Of a stretch of DNA of 64,000 bases, positions 22,318-35,608 are shown piece by piece. Made by a program: the position numbers and the translations under genes. The DNA comes from Malacoraja senta. Its lineage: Eukaryota. Every line of letters starts with the position of its first letter. The first letter of the stretch is position 1. The notes beneath the pieces were generated by a model. It was not told the origin of the DNA and made no database searches. It saw only the letters and a list, made by a program, of their open reading frames with translations. Location: positions 1 to 64,000 of the forward strand of contig JAXLNO010000331.1 of the NCBI GenBank assembly GCA_038087875.1, in the 5' to 3' direction.

Positions 22318-24895
22318 AATGAATGAATTGAATGCCATTTTATTGTCACTATACACATGTACAATGAGATTAAAAGCAGCTCGTACTCAGTGCAGACATG
22401 TAATTAGTTCCAAAAACAAAAAACAAAAGAAAAGGTGGGGTGGGGGGGATAAGGTGCGGAGTTCTGCGGTGCTATATACATATCTATAAAAAGACAATGG
22501 GTAAATAGAGTGAATAAATAGGATTCCTATATACAGTATGGGTTATTGTACATATTACAAATTACAGTTACAGTACAAATTACAGTCGGTGGATAGATGG
22601 GTCTGTGGGTTAAGCTGTGTAGTCAGTGCATGTGTGAGTTCAGAGAGGTTAAAGCAACTGTTCTTGAGTCTATTTGTCCTTGTTCTGATGCACCTCTAGC
22701 GCCTCCCTGAGGGCAGCAGGTGGAACAGGGCCAAACGCAGGACGGGAGCTGTCCTTGATGATGTCCTTCGCTCTGCTGAGGCAGCGGGAGGTGTAAATGT
22801 CCATCAGGGAGGGGAAGAGGGCAGCCAATGATCTTCTGTGCTGCCCTAACTACCCTCCGGAGCCTCTCCCTGTCTGCCGTGGTGCAGCTGCGTACCATGC
22901 TGTAATGCAGTATGTAAGCAGGCTCTCACTGGACGAGCGGTAGAAGGTCAGGAGCGGGTTGGAGTCCAGGTTGTGGTTCCTGAGGACCCTCAGGAAGTGC
23001 AGCCGCTGCTGAGCCTTCTTACATAGAAACATAGACAATAGGTGCAGGAGTAGGCCATTCGGCCCTTCGAGCCTGCACCACCATTCAATGTGATCATGGC
23101 TGATCATCCAACTCAGTATCCCGTACCTGCCTTCTCTCCATACCCCCTGATCCCTTTAGCCACAAGGGCCACATCTAACACCCTCTTAAATATAGCCAAT
23201 GAACTGGCCTCAACTACCCTCTGTGGCAGAGAGTTCCAGAGATTCACCACTCTCTGTGTGAAAAAGTTTTTCCTCATCTCGGTCTTAAAGGATTTCCCCC
23301 TTATCCTTAAACTGTGACCCCTTGTCCTGGACTTCCCCAACATCGGGAACAATCTTCCTGCATCTAGCCTGTCCAACCCCATAAGAATTTTGTAAGTTTC
23401 TATAAGATCCCCTCTCAATCTCCTAAATTCTAGCGAGTACAAGCCGAGTCTATCCAGTCTTTCTTCATATGAAAGTCCTGACATCCCAGGAATCAGTCTG
23501 GTGAACCTTCTCTGCACTCCCTCTATGGCTATAATGTCCTTCCTCAGATTTGGAGACCAAAACTGTACGCAATACTCCAGGTGTGGTCTCACCAAGACCC
23601 TGTACAACTGCAGTAGAACCTCCCTGCTCCTATACTCAAATCCTCTTGCTATGAAGGCCAACACACCATTCGCTTTCTTCACTGCCTGCTGCACCTGCAT
23701 GCCTACTTTCAATGACTGGTGTACCATGACACCCAGGTCTCGCTGCATCTCCCCATTTCCTAATCGGCCACCATTTAGATAATAGTCTGCCTTCCCGTTT
23801 TTGCCACCAAAGTGGATAACCTCACATTTATCCACATTATACTGCATCTGCCAAACATTTGCCCACTCACCCAGCCTATCCAAGTCACCTTGCAGCCTCC
23901 TAGCATCCTCCTCACAGCTAACACTGCCCCCCAGCTTAGTGTCATCCGCAAACTTGGAGATGTTGCTTTCAATTCCCTCGTCCAGATCATTAATATATAT
24001 TGTAAATAGCTGGGGTCCCAGCACTGAGCCTTGCGGTACCCCACTAGTCACTGCCTGCCATTGTGAAAAGGACCCGTTTACTCCTACTCTTTGCGGGAGA
24101 TGTCAGCGGAGATGAGGACGCCGAGAAACCGGAAGGTGTAGACCCTCTCCACACACTTGCCGTTGATGTCTAGGGGGGCTAAGTCGGTGCTGTGCCTCCT
24201 GGAGTCAACAACGAGCTCGTTTATTTTCTTGGTGTTCAGAGCCAAGTTGTTTTCTGAGCACCAGGCTGTCAACTTCAGGACTTCCTCTCTATAGGCTGCC
24301 TCGCCTCGTCTCCCCTTGAGATGAGTCCGACTACTGTAGTGTCGTCAGCAAACTTGAGGATGCGGTTGTTGCTGTGGGCCGGACTACAGTCGTGGGTGTA
24401 GAAGACAGTACAGGAGGGGGCTTAGCACACAGCCCTGTGGGGAGCCGGGACTCAACATGCGAGTGGAGGAGAGGTGGGGGCCGAGCCTCACAGTCTGGGG
24501 CCGGTTGGTGAGGAAGTCCTTTATCCAGGCACATGTGAGAGTGGGGAGGCCGAGAGTGACCAGTTTGTCGATGAGAATGAGAATTGAAAGCTGAGCTGTA
24601 TTCCACAAAGAGCATCCGGACGTAGCTCTGCCCCAGCTCCACGTGGCTCAGCACAGAGTGGAGAGCTACGGTGATGGTGTCTTCTGTGGATCTGTTTGGG
24701 CGATAGGCCAATTGGTGAGGGTCGAAGTCTGGAGGGAGATAGCCCTTGATGTGCTGGAGGACCAAACTCTCGAAGCACTTGGTGATTACCGGAGTCAGAG
24801 CCACGGTACGGTAATCATTTAGGCTGGTGATGGGAGACTTCTTCGGCACTGGGACGATTGGGGCTGGTTTTAGGCAGGACGGGGTAACTGCCTGA
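22318..24895 (-). mobile_element. Rex1/Babar LINE with 3' end (T2 block 2)
   Basis: Paralog of 16737-19310 with the same junctions. Confidence 0.85.
23021..24094 (-). mobile_element. CR1-B nested in Rex; uninterrupted 312-aa C-terminal ORF2 frame
   Basis: ORF 23113-24051 runs to the natural stop (GYGEKAGTGY*). Confidence 0.92.
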
Positions 24896-26981
24896 GTTTG
24901 TGAGACTGTAAAGGTTTGTGAGGCTGTGTAAAAGTTTGTGAGACTGTGTAAAAGTTTGTGAGACTGTGTAAAGGTTTGTGAGACTGTGTAAAAGTTTGTG
25001 AGACTGTGTAAAAGTTTGTGAGACTGTGTAAAAGTTTGTGAGACTGTGTAAAAGTTTGTGAGACTGTGTAAAAGTTTGTGAGACTAAAAGTTTGTGAGGC
25101 AGTGTGTAAAAGTTTGTGAGGCAGTGTAAAGGTTTGTGAGACTGTGTAAAAGTTTGTGAGACTGTGTAAAAGTTTGTGAGACTGTAAAGGTTTGTGAAAC
25201 TAAAAGTTTGTGAGACTGTGTAAATGTTGGTGAGCCTGTGTAAAGGTTTGTGTGGCTAAAAGTTTGTGAGACTGTAAAGGTTTGTGAGACTGTAAAGGTT
25301 GGTGAGACTGTGTAAAAGGTTGGTGAGACTGTGTAAAAGTTCATGAGGCTGTGTAAAAGTTTGTGAGACTGTGTAAAAGTTTGTGAGGCTGTGTAAAGGT
25401 TTGTGAGACTGTGTAAAAGTTTGTGAGACTGTGTAAAAGTTTGTGAGACTGTGTAAAGGTTTGTGAGGCTGTGTAAAGGTTTGTGAGGCTGTGTAAAAGT
25501 TTGTGAGGCTTTGTAAAAGTTTGTGAGACTGTGTAAAAGTTTGTGAGACTGTGTAAAAGTTCGTGAGGCTGTGTAAAAGTTCGTGAGGCTGTGTAAAAGT
25601 TTGTGAGGCTGTGTAAAAGTTTGTGAGGCTGTGTAAAAGTTTGTGAGGCTGTGTAAAAGTTCGTGAGGCAGTGTAAAAGTTCGTGAGGCAGTGTAAAAGT
25701 TTGTGAGGCTGTGTAAAAGTTTGTGAGGCTGTGTAAAAGTTTGTGAGGCTGTGTAAAAGTTTGTGAGACTGTGTAAAAGTTTGTGAGGCTGTGTAAAAGT
25801 TTGTGAGACTGTAAAAGTTTGTGAGGCTGTGTAAAAGTTTGTGAGGCTGTGTAAAAGTTTGTGAGGCTGTGTAAAAGTTTGTGAGGCTGTGTAAAAGTTC
25901 GTGAGGCAGTGTAAAAGTTTGTGAGGCTGTGTAAAAGTTTGTGAGGCTGTGTAAAAGTTTGTGAGACTGTAAAGGTTTGTGAAACTAAAAGTTTGTGAGT
26001 GTGTAAATGTTGGTGAGACTGTGTAAAGGTTTGTGAGACTAAAAGTTTGTGAGACTGTAAAGGTTTGTGAGACTGTAAAGGTTGGTGAGACTGTAAAAGG
26101 TTGGTGAGACTGTGTAAAAGTTTGTGAGACTGTGTAAAAGTTTGTGAGGCAGTGTAAAAGTTTGTGAGACTGTGTAAAAGTTTGTGAGACAGTGTAAAAG
26201 TTTGTGAGACTGTGTAAAAGTTTGTGAGGCAGTGTAAAAGTTTGTGAGACTGTGTAAAAGTTTGTGAGACAGTGTAAAAGTTTGTGAGACTGTGTAAAAG
26301 TTTGTGAGACTGTGTAAAAGTTTGTGAGACTGTGTAAAAGTTTGTGAGGCAGTGTAAAAGTTTGTGAGACTGTGTAAAAGTTTGTGAGACTGTGTAAAAG
26401 TTTGTGAGGCTGTGTAAATGTTTGTGAGACTGTGTAAAGGTTTGTGAGGCTGTATAAAAGTTTGTGAGACTGTGTAAAGGTTTGTGGAACTGTAAAAGTT
26501 TGTGAGACTGTGTAACAGTTTGTGAGGCTGTGTAAAAGTTTGTGAGGCTGTGTAAATGTTTGTGAGACTGTGTAAAGGTTTGTGAGGCTGTATAAAAGTT
26601 TGTGAGACTGTGTAAAGGTTTGTGGAACTGTAAAAGTTTGTGAGACTGTGTAACAGTTTGTGAGGCAGTGTAAAGGTTTGTGAGACTGTAAAAGTTCGTG
26701 AGGCTGTGTAAAAGTTTGTGAGACTGTGTAAAAGTTTGTGAAACTAAAAGTTTGTGAGACTAAACATTAGTGAGACTGTAAAAGTTTGTGGAACTCTGTA
26801 AAGGTTCGTGAGGCTGTGTAAAGGTTTGTGAGGCTGTATAAAAGTCCGTGAGGCTGTGTAAAAGTTTGTGAAACTATAAGTTTGTGAGTAAACATTCGTG
26901 AGACTGTGTAAAAGTTTGTGGAACTGTGTAGAAGTTCATGAGACTTTAAAAGTTTGTGAGGCTGTGTAAAAGTTTGTGAAA
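24896..26981. repeat. 20-bp minisatellite array
   Basis: Tandem 20-mers. Confidence 0.97.
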
Positions 26982-27655
26982 AAGCATGCAGGTACAGCAG
27001 GCAGTGAAGAAAGCGAATGGCCTGTTGGCCTTCATAACAAGAGGAGTTGAGTATAGGAGCAAAGAGGTCCTTCTGCAGTTGTACAGGGCCCTGGTGAGAC
27101 CACACCTGGAGTATTGTGTGCAGTTTTGGTCCCCTAATTTGAGGAAGGACATTCTTGCTATTGAGGGAGCCCAGCGTAGGTTCACCAGGTTAATTCCCGG
27201 GATGGCGGGACTGTCATATGCTGAGAGAATGGAGCGGCTGGGCTTGTATACTCTGGGGTTTAGAAGGATGAGAGGGTATCTCATTGAAACATATAAGATT
27301 ATTAAGGGTTTGGACACGCTAGAGGCAGGAAACATGTTCCCGATGTTGGGGGAGTCCAGAAACAGGGGCCACACACACAGTTTAAGAATAAGGGGTCGGC
27401 CATTTAGAACGGAGATGAGGAGAAACTTTTCCACCCAGAGAGTTGTGAATCTGTGGGATTCTCTGCCTCAGAGGGCGGTGGAGGCAGGTTCTCTGGATAC
27501 TTACAAGAGAGAGTTAGATAGGGCTCTTAAAGATAGCGGAGTCAGGGGATATGGGGAGAAGGCAGGAACGGGGTACTGATTGTGGATGATCAGCTGTGAT
27601 CATATTGAATGGCTTGAAGGGCCGAATGGCCTACTCCTGCACCTATTGTCTATTG
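26982..27655 (+). mobile_element. CR1-C 3' fragment (copy 5; open to the natural stop)
   Basis: ORF 26986-27579. Confidence 0.9.
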
Positions 27656-28154
27656 AAACTGTGTAAAAGTTTGTGAGACTGTGTAAAAGTTTGTGAGTGT
27701 GTGAAAGTTTGTGAGTGTGTGAAAGTTTGTGAGACTGTGTAAAAGTTTGTGAGACTGAAAGTTTGTGAGACTGTAAAAGTTTGTGAGGCTGTGTAAAAGT
27801 TTGTGAGACTGTGTAAAAGTTTGTGAGGCTGTGTGAAAGTTTGTGAGACTGTGTAAAAGTTTGTGAGACTGTGTAAAAGTTTGTGAGACTGTGTGAAAGT
27901 TTGTGAGACTGTAAAAGTTTGTGAGACAGTGAAAGTTTGTGAGACTGTAAAGGTTTGTGAGTGTGTGAAAGTTTGTGAGACAGTGTGAAGGTTTGTGAGA
28001 CTAAAAGTTTGTGAGACTGTGTGAATGTTTGTGAGACTGTGTGAAAGTTTGTGAGACTGTGTAAAAGTTTGTGAGACTGTGTGAAAGTTTGTGAGACTGT
28101 GTAAAAGTTTGTGAGACTGTGTAATGGTTTGTGAGGCTGTGTAAAAGTTTGTGA
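27656..28154. repeat. 20-bp minisatellite array
   Basis: Tandem 20-mers; matches 8478-8976. Confidence 0.97.
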
Positions 28155-28244
28155 AAATGTGTGATTCTTTTACGGGGTGAAGGTTTGTGAGCCGGTGTGT
28201 AAGTGTGTGTCAGCACTTGTGTCAACGTCCACAACCCTTTTCAT

Positions 28245-29522
28245 ATTGTTTGTCATATATATCAATGATCTGGATGATGGTGTGGTAAATTGGATTAGTA
28301 AGTATGCAGATGACACTAAGATAGGTGGTGTTGTGGATAATGAAGTAGATTTTCAAAGTCTACAGAGAGATTTAGGCCAATTGGAAGAGTGGGCTGAAAG
28401 ATGGCAGATGGAGTTTAATGCTGATAAATGTGAGGTGCTACATCTTGGCAGGACAAATCAAAATAGGACGTACATGGTAAACGGTAGAGAATTGAGGAAT
28501 GCAGTTGAACAGAGGGATCTAGGAATAACTGTGCATAGTTCCCTGAAGGTGGAATCTCATGTAGATAGGGTGGTATAGGAGCAGGGAGGTTCTACTGCAG
28601 TTGTACAGGGTCTTGGTGAGACCACACCTGGAGTATTGCGTACAGTTTTGGTCTCCGAATCTGAGGAAAGACATTCTTGCCATAGAGGGAGTACAGAGAA
28701 GGTTCACCAGACTGATTCCTGGGATGTCAGGACTTTCATATGAAGAAAGACTGGATAGACTCGGCTTGTACTCGCTAGAATTGAGAAGATTGAGGTGGGA
28801 TCTTACAGAAACGTACAAAATTCTTAAGGGGTTGGACAGGCTAGATGCAGGAAGATTGTTCCCGATGTTGGGGAAGTCCAGGACAAGGGGTCACAGATTA
28901 AGGATAAGGGGGAAATCCTTTAGGACCGAGATGAGAAAAAAAAATTCACACAGAGAGTGGTGAATCTGTGGAATTCTCTGCCACAGAAGGTAGTTGAGGC
29001 CAGTTCATTGGCTATATTTAAGAGGGAGTTAGATGTGGCCCTTGTGGCTAAAGGGATCAGGGGGTATGGAGAGAAGGCAGGTACGGGATACTGAGTTGGA
29101 TGATCAGTATGGCCTCTACTCCTGCACCTATTGTCTATGTTTCTATGTAAAGAAAGCTTTTGGTGTGCTGGCCTTTATAAATCAGAGCATTGAGTATAGA
29201 AGTTGGGATGTAATGTTAAAATTGTACAAGGCATTGGTGAGGCCAATTCTGGAGTATGGAGTACAATTTTGGTCGCCTAATTATAGGAAGGATGTCAACA
29301 AAATAGAGAGAGTACAGAGGAGATTTACTAGAATGTTGCCTGGGTTTCAGCAACTAAGTTACAGAGAAAGGTTGAACAAGTTAGGTCTTTATTCTTTGGA
29401 GCGCAGAAGGTTAAGAGGGGACTTGATAGAGGTCTTTAAAATTATGAGAGGGATAGACAGAGTTGACGTGGATAAGCTTTTCCCATTGAGAGTAGGGAAG
29501 ATTCAAACAAGGGGACATGACT
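28245..29522 (+). mobile_element. CR1-A fragment (T1 block 3)
   Basis: Copy of 441-1718 at +27,804. Confidence 0.9.
28575..29148 (+). mobile_element. Nested CR1-B 3' fragment
   Basis: Copy of 771-1344. Confidence 0.9.
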
Positions 29523-30103
29523 GCACTCCCTCTATGGCAAGAATGTCCTTCCTCAGATTTGGAGACCAAAACTGTACGCAATACTCCAGGTGTGGTCTCA
29601 CCAAGACCCTGTACAACTGCAGTAGAACCTCCCTGCTCCTATACTCAAATCCTTTTGCTATGAATGCTAACATACCATTCGCTTTCTTCACTGCCTGCTG
29701 CACCTGCATGCCTACTTTCAATGACTGGTGTACCATGACACCCAGGTCTCGCTGCATCTCCCCATTTCCTAATCGGCCACCATTTAGATAATAGTCTGCC
29801 TTCCCGTTTTTGCCACCAAAGTGGATAACCTCACATTTATCCACATTATACTGCATCTGCCATGCATTTGCCCACTCACCCAGCCTATCCAAGTCACCTT
29901 GCCGCCTCCTAGCATCCTCCTCACAGCTAACACTGCCCCCCAGCTTAGTGTCATCCGCAAACTTGGAGATGTTGCTTTCAATTCCCTCGTCCAGATCATT
30001 GATGTATATTGTAAATAGCTGGGGTCCCAGCACTGAGTCTTGCGGTACCCCACTAGTCACTGCCTGCCATTCTGAAAAGGACCCGTTTACTCCTACTCTT
30101 TGC
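29521..30103 (-). mobile_element. CR1-B fragment, antisense, junction-truncated
   Basis: ORF 29503-30060. Confidence 0.9.
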
Positions 30104-30902
30104 GGGAGATGTCAGCGGAGATGAGGACGCCGAGAAACCGGAAGGTGTAGACCCTCTCCACACACTCGCCGTTGACGTCTAGGGGGGCTAAGTCGGTGCT
30201 GTGCCTCCTGGTCGACAACGAGCCCTTTTGTTTTCTTGGTGTTCAGAGCCAAGTTGTTTTCTGAGCACCAGGCTGTCAACTTCAGGACTTCCTCTCTATA
30301 GGCTGCCTCGCCTCGTCTCCCCTTGAGATGAGTCCGACTACTGTAGTGTCGTCAGCAAACTTGAGGATGCGGTTGTTGCTGTGGGCCGGGCTACAGTCGT
30401 GGGTGTAGAAGACAGTACAGGAGGGGGCTTAGCACACAGCCCTGTGGGGAGCCGGGACTCAACATGCGAGTGGAGGAGAGGTGGGGGCCGAGTCTCACAG
30501 TCTGGGGCCGGTTGGTGAGGAAGTCCTTTATCCAGGCACATGTGAGAGTGGGGAGGCCGAGAGTGACCAGTTTGTCGATGAGAATGAGAATTGAAAGCTG
30601 AGCTGTATTCCACAAAGAGCATCCGGACGTAGCTCTGCCCCAGCTCCACGTGGCTCAGCACAGAGTGGAGAGCTACGGTGATGGTGTCTTCTGTGGATCT
30701 GTTTGGGCGATAGGCCAATTGGTGAGGGTCGAAGTCTGGAGGGAGATAGCCCTTGATGTGCTGGAGGACCAAACTCTCGAAGCACTTGGTGATTACCGGA
30801 GTCAGAGCCACGGTACGGTAATCATTTAGGCTGGTGATGGGAGACTTCTTCGGCACTGGGACGATTGGGGCTGGTTTTAGGCAGGACGGGGTAACTGCCT
30901 GA
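30104..30902 (-). mobile_element. Rex1/Babar RT fragment
   Basis: ORF 30338-30856. Confidence 0.85.
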
Positions 30903-32585
30903 GTTTGTGAGACTGTAAAGGTTTGTGAGGCTGTGTAAAAGTTTGTGAGACTGTGTAAAAGTTTGTGAGACTGTGTAAAGGTTTGTGAGACTGTGTAAAA
31001 GTTTGTGAGACTGTGTAAAAGTTTGTGAGACTGTGTAAAAGTTTGTGAGACTGTGTAAAAGTTTGTGAGACTGTGTAAAAGTTTGTGAGACTAAAAGTTT
31101 GTGAGGCAGTGTGTAAAAGTTTGTGAGGCAGTGTAAAGGTTTGTGAGACTGTGTAAAAGTTTGTGAGACTGTGTAAAAGTTTGTGAGACTGTAAAGGTTT
31201 GTGAAACTAAAAGTTTGTGAGACTGTGTAAATGTTGGTGAGACTGTGTAAAGGTTTGTGTGGCTAAAAGTTTGTGAGACTGTAAAGGTTTGTGAGACTGT
31301 AAAGGTTGGTGAGACTGTGTAAAAGGTTGGTGAGACTGTGTAAAAGTTCATGAGGCTGTGTAAAAGTTTGTGAGACTGTGTAAAAGTTTGTGAGGCTGTG
31401 TAAAGGTTTGTGAGACTGTGTAAAAGTTTGTGAGACTGTGTAAAAGTTTGTGAGACTGTGTAAAGGTTTGTGAGGCTGTGTAAAGGTTTGTGAGGCTGTG
31501 TAAAAGTTTGTGAGGCTTTGTAAAAGTTTGTGAGACTGTGTAAAAGTTTGTGAGACTGTGTAAAAGTTCGTGAGGCTGTGTAAAAGTTCGTGAGGCTGTG
31601 TAAATGTTTGTGAGGCTGTGTAAAAGTTTGTGAGGCTGTGTAAAAGTTTGTGAGGCTGTGTAAAAGTTCGTGAGGCAGTGTAAAAGTTCGTGAGGCAGTG
31701 TAAAAGTTTGTGAGGCTGTGTAAAAGTTTGTGAGGCTGTGTAAAAGTTTGTGAGGCTGTGTAAAAGTTTGTGAGACTGTGTAAAAGTTTGTGAGGCTGTG
31801 TAAAAGTTTGTGAGACTGTAAAAGTTTGTGAGGCTGTGTAAAAGTTTGTGAGGCTGTGTAAAAGTTTGTGAGGCTGTGTAAAAGTTTGTGAGGCTGTGTA
31901 AAAGTTCGTGAGGCAGTGTAAAAGTTTGTGAGGCTGTGTAAAAGTTTGTGAGGCTGTGTAAAAGTTTGTGAGGCTGTGTAAAAGTTTGTGAGGCTGTGTA
32001 AAAGTTTGTGAGACTGTGTAAAAGTTTGTGAGACTGTAAAAGTTTGTGAGACTGTGTAAAAGTTTGTGAGACTGTGTAAAAGTTTGTGAGGCTGTGTAAA
32101 AGTTTGTGAGACTGTGTAAAAGTTTGTGAGACTGTAAAAGTTTGTGAGGCTGTGTAAAAGTTTGTGAGACTGTGTAAAAGTTTGTGAGGCTGTGTAAAAG
32201 TTTGTGAGACTGTAAAAGTTTGTGAGGCTGTGTAAAAGTTTGTGAGGCTGTGTAAAAGTTCGTGAGGCTGTGTAAAAGTTTGTGAGGCTGTGTAAAAGTT
32301 TGTGAGGCTGTGTAAAAGTTCGTGAGGCTGTGTAAAAGTTTGTGAAACTAAAAGTTTGTGAGACTAAACATTCGTGAGACTGTGTAAAAGTTTGTGGAAC
32401 TCTGTAAAAGTTTGTGAGACTGTAAAGGTTTGTGAGGCTGTGTAAAGTTTTGTGAGGCTGTATAAAAGTTCGTGAGGCTGTGTAAAAGTTTGTGAAACTA
32501 TAAGTTTGTGAGTAAACATTCGTGAGACTGTGTAAAAGTTTGTGAGACTTTAAAAGTTTGTGAGGCTGGGTAAAAGTTTGTGAAA
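30903..32585. repeat. 20-bp minisatellite array
   Basis: Copy of 3099-4781. Confidence 0.97.
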
Positions 32586-33268
32586 AAGCATGCAGGTACA
32601 GCAGGCAGTGAAGAAAGCGAATGGCATATTGGCCTTCATAACAAGAGGAGTTGAGTATAGGAGCAAAGATGTCCTTCTGCAGTTGTACAGGGCCCTGGTG
32701 AGACCACATCTGGAGTATTGTGTACAGTTTTGGTCTCCAAATTTGAGGAAGGACATTCTTGCTATTGAGGGAGCCCAGCGTAGGTTCACCAGGTTAATTC
32801 CCGGGATGGCAGGACTGTCATATGCTGAGAGAATGGAGCGGCTGGGCTTGTACACTCTGGAGTTTAGAAGGATGAGAGGGCATCTCATTGAAACATATAA
32901 GATTATTAAGGGTTTGGACACGCTAGAGGCAGGAAACATGTTCCCGATGTTGGGGGAGTCCAGAACCAGGGGCCACACACACAGTTTAAGAATAAGGGGT
33001 CGGCCATTTAGAACGGAGACGAGGAAACACTTTTCCACCCAGAGAGTTGTGAGTCTGTGGGTTTCTCTGCCTCAGATGGCGGTGGAGGCCAGTTCTCTGG
33101 ATACTTACAAGAGAGAGTAAGATAGGGCTCTTAAAGATAGCGGAGTCAGGGGATATGGGGAGAAGGCAGGAACGGGGTACTGATTGTGGATGATCAGCCA
33201 TGATCACAGTGAATGGCGGTGCTGGCTGGAAGGGCCGAATGGCCTCCTCCTGCACCTATTGTCTATTG
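32586..33268 (+). mobile_element. CR1-C 3' fragment (copy 6)
   Basis: ORF 32590-33120, identical to copy 1. Confidence 0.9.
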
Positions 33269-35608
33269 AAACTGTGTAAAAGTTTGTGAGACTGTGTGAA
33301 TGTTTGTGAGACTGTGTAAAAGTTTGTGAGTGTGTGAAAGTTTGTGAGACTGTGTGAAAGTTTGTGAGACTGTGTAAAAGTTTGTGAGGCTGTGTAAAAG
33401 TTTGTGAGACTGTGTAAAAGTTTGTGAGGCTGTGTGAAAGTTTGTGAGACTGTGTAAAAGTTTGTGAGACTGTGTAAAAGTTTGTGAGACTGTGTGAAAG
33501 TTTGTGAGACTGTAAAAGTTTGTGAGACAGTGAAAGTTTGTGAGACTGTAAAGGTTTGTGAGTGTGTGAAAGTTTGTGAGACAGTGTGAAGGTTTGTGAG
33601 ACTAAAAGTTTGTGAGACTGTGTGAATGTTTGTGAGACTGTGTGAAAGTTTGTGAGACTGTGTGAAAGTTTGTGAGACTGTGTAAAGGTTTGTGAGACTG
33701 TGTAAAGGTTTGTGAGACTGTGAAAAAGTTTGTGAGGCTGTGTAAAGGTTTGTGAGACTGTAAAGGTTTGTGAGACTGTGTAAAAGTCTGTGAGACGGTG
33801 TAAAAGTTTGTGAGACTGTGTAAAAGTTTGTGAGGCTGTGTAAAAGTTTGTGAGACTGTAAAAGTTTGTGAGACTGTGTAAAAGTTTGTGAGACTGTGTA
33901 AAAGTTTGTGAGACTGTGTAAAAGTTTGTGAGACTGTGTAAAAGTTTGTGCGGCAGTGTAAAAGTTTGTGAGACTGTGTAAAAGTTTGTGAGACTGTAAA
34001 AGTTTGTGAGGCAGTGTAAAAGTTTGTGAGACTGTGTAAAAGTTTGTGAGACTGTGTAAAAGTTTGTGGGACTGTGTAAAAGTTTGTGAGGCTGTGTAAA
34101 GGTTTGTGAGGCAGTGTAAAAGTTTGTGAGACTGTGTAAAAGTTTGTGAGACTGTGTAAAAGTTTGTGGGACTGTGTAAAAGTTTGTGAGGCTGTGTAAA
34201 GGTTTGTGAGGCAGTGTAAAAGTTTGTGAGACTGTGTAAACGTTTGTGAGACTAAAAGTTTGTGAGACTGTGTAAAAGTTTGTGGGACTGTGTAAAAGTT
34301 TGTGAGGCTGTGTAAAGGTTTGTGAGGCAGTGTAAAAGTTTGTGAGGCTGTGTAAACGTTTGTGAGACTAAAAGTTTGTGAGACTGTGTAAAAGTTTGTG
34401 AGGCTGTGTAAAAGTTTGTGAGACTGTGTAAAAGTTTGTGAGGCTGTGTAAAGGTTTGTGAGGCTGTGTAAAAGTTTGTGAGGCTGTGTAAAAGTTTGTG
34501 AGGCTGTGTAAAAGTTTGTGAGACTGTGTAAAAGTTTGTGAGACTGTAAAGGTTTGTGAAACTAAAAGTTTGTGAGACTGTGTAAATGTTGGTGAGACTG
34601 TGTAAAGGTTTGTGTGGCTAAAAGTTTGTGAGACTGTAAAGGTTTGTGAGACTGTAAAGGTTGGTGAGACTGTGTAAAAGGTTGGTGAGACTGTGTAAAA
34701 GTTCATGAGGCTGTGTAAAAGTTTGTGAGACTGTGTAAAAGTTTGTGAGGCTGTGTAAAGGTTTGTGAGACTGTGTAAAAGTTTGTGAGACTGTAAAAGT
34801 TTGTGAGACTGTGTAAAGGTTTGTGAGGCAGTGTAAAGGTTTGTGAGGCTGTGTAAAGGTTTGTGAGGCTGTGTAAAAGTTTGTGAGGCTTTGTAAAAGT
34901 TTGTGAGACTGTGTAAAAGTTTGTGAGACTGTGTAAAAGTTTGTGAGACTGTAAAGGTTTGTGAGACTGTGTAAAAGTTTGTGAGGCTGTGTAAAAGTTC
35001 GTGAGGCTGTGTAAAAGTTTGTGAGGCTGTGTAAAAGTTTGTGAGGCTGTGTAAAAGTTTGTGAGGCTGTGTAAAAGTTTGTGAGGCTGTGTAAAAGTTT
35101 GTGAGGCTGTGTAAAAGTTTGTGAGGCTGTGTAGAAGTTTGTGAGGCTGTGTAAAAGTTTGTGAGGCTGTGTAAAAGTTTGTGAGGCTGTGTAAAAGTTT
35201 GTGAGGCTGTGTAAAAGTTCGTGAGGCTGTGTAAAAGTTTGTGAGGCTGTGTAAAAGTTTGTGAGGCTGTGTAAAAGTTTGTGAGGCTGTGTAAAGGTTT
35301 GTGAGACTGTGTAAAGGTTTGTGAGACTAAAAGTTTGTGAGACTGTGTAAAAGTTTGTGAGACTGTGTAAAAGTTTGTGAGACTGTAAAGGTTTGTGAGA
35401 CTGTGTAAAGGTTTGTGGAACTGTAAAAGTTTGTGAGACTGTGTAAAGGTTTGTGAGACTGTGTAAAAGTTCGTGAGGCTGTGTAAACGTTTGTGAAACT
35501 AAAAGTTTGTGAGACTAAACATTCGTGAGACTGTGTAAAAGTTTGTGGAACTGTGTAAAAGTTCGTGAGACTTTAAAAGTTTGTGAGGCTGGGTAAAAGT
35601 TTGTGAAA
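33269..35608. repeat. 20-bp minisatellite array
   Basis: Copy of 5465-7804. Confidence 0.97.

Larger units (their letters stand above)
1..27804. repeat. Higher-order repeat copy 1 (27,804-bp period; phase set arbitrarily by the window start)
   Basis: ORFs recur with identical translation at an offset of exactly 27,804 (197/28001, 4786/32590, 8823/36627, 17588/45392, 21412/49216). Confidence 0.95.

Noticed and set aside
23113..24051. Functional or domesticated reverse transcriptase
   Set aside because: It lacks ORF1, the endonuclease and the N-terminal RT motifs. The listed start is not a real ATG, and the paralog at 17588 is frameshifted.
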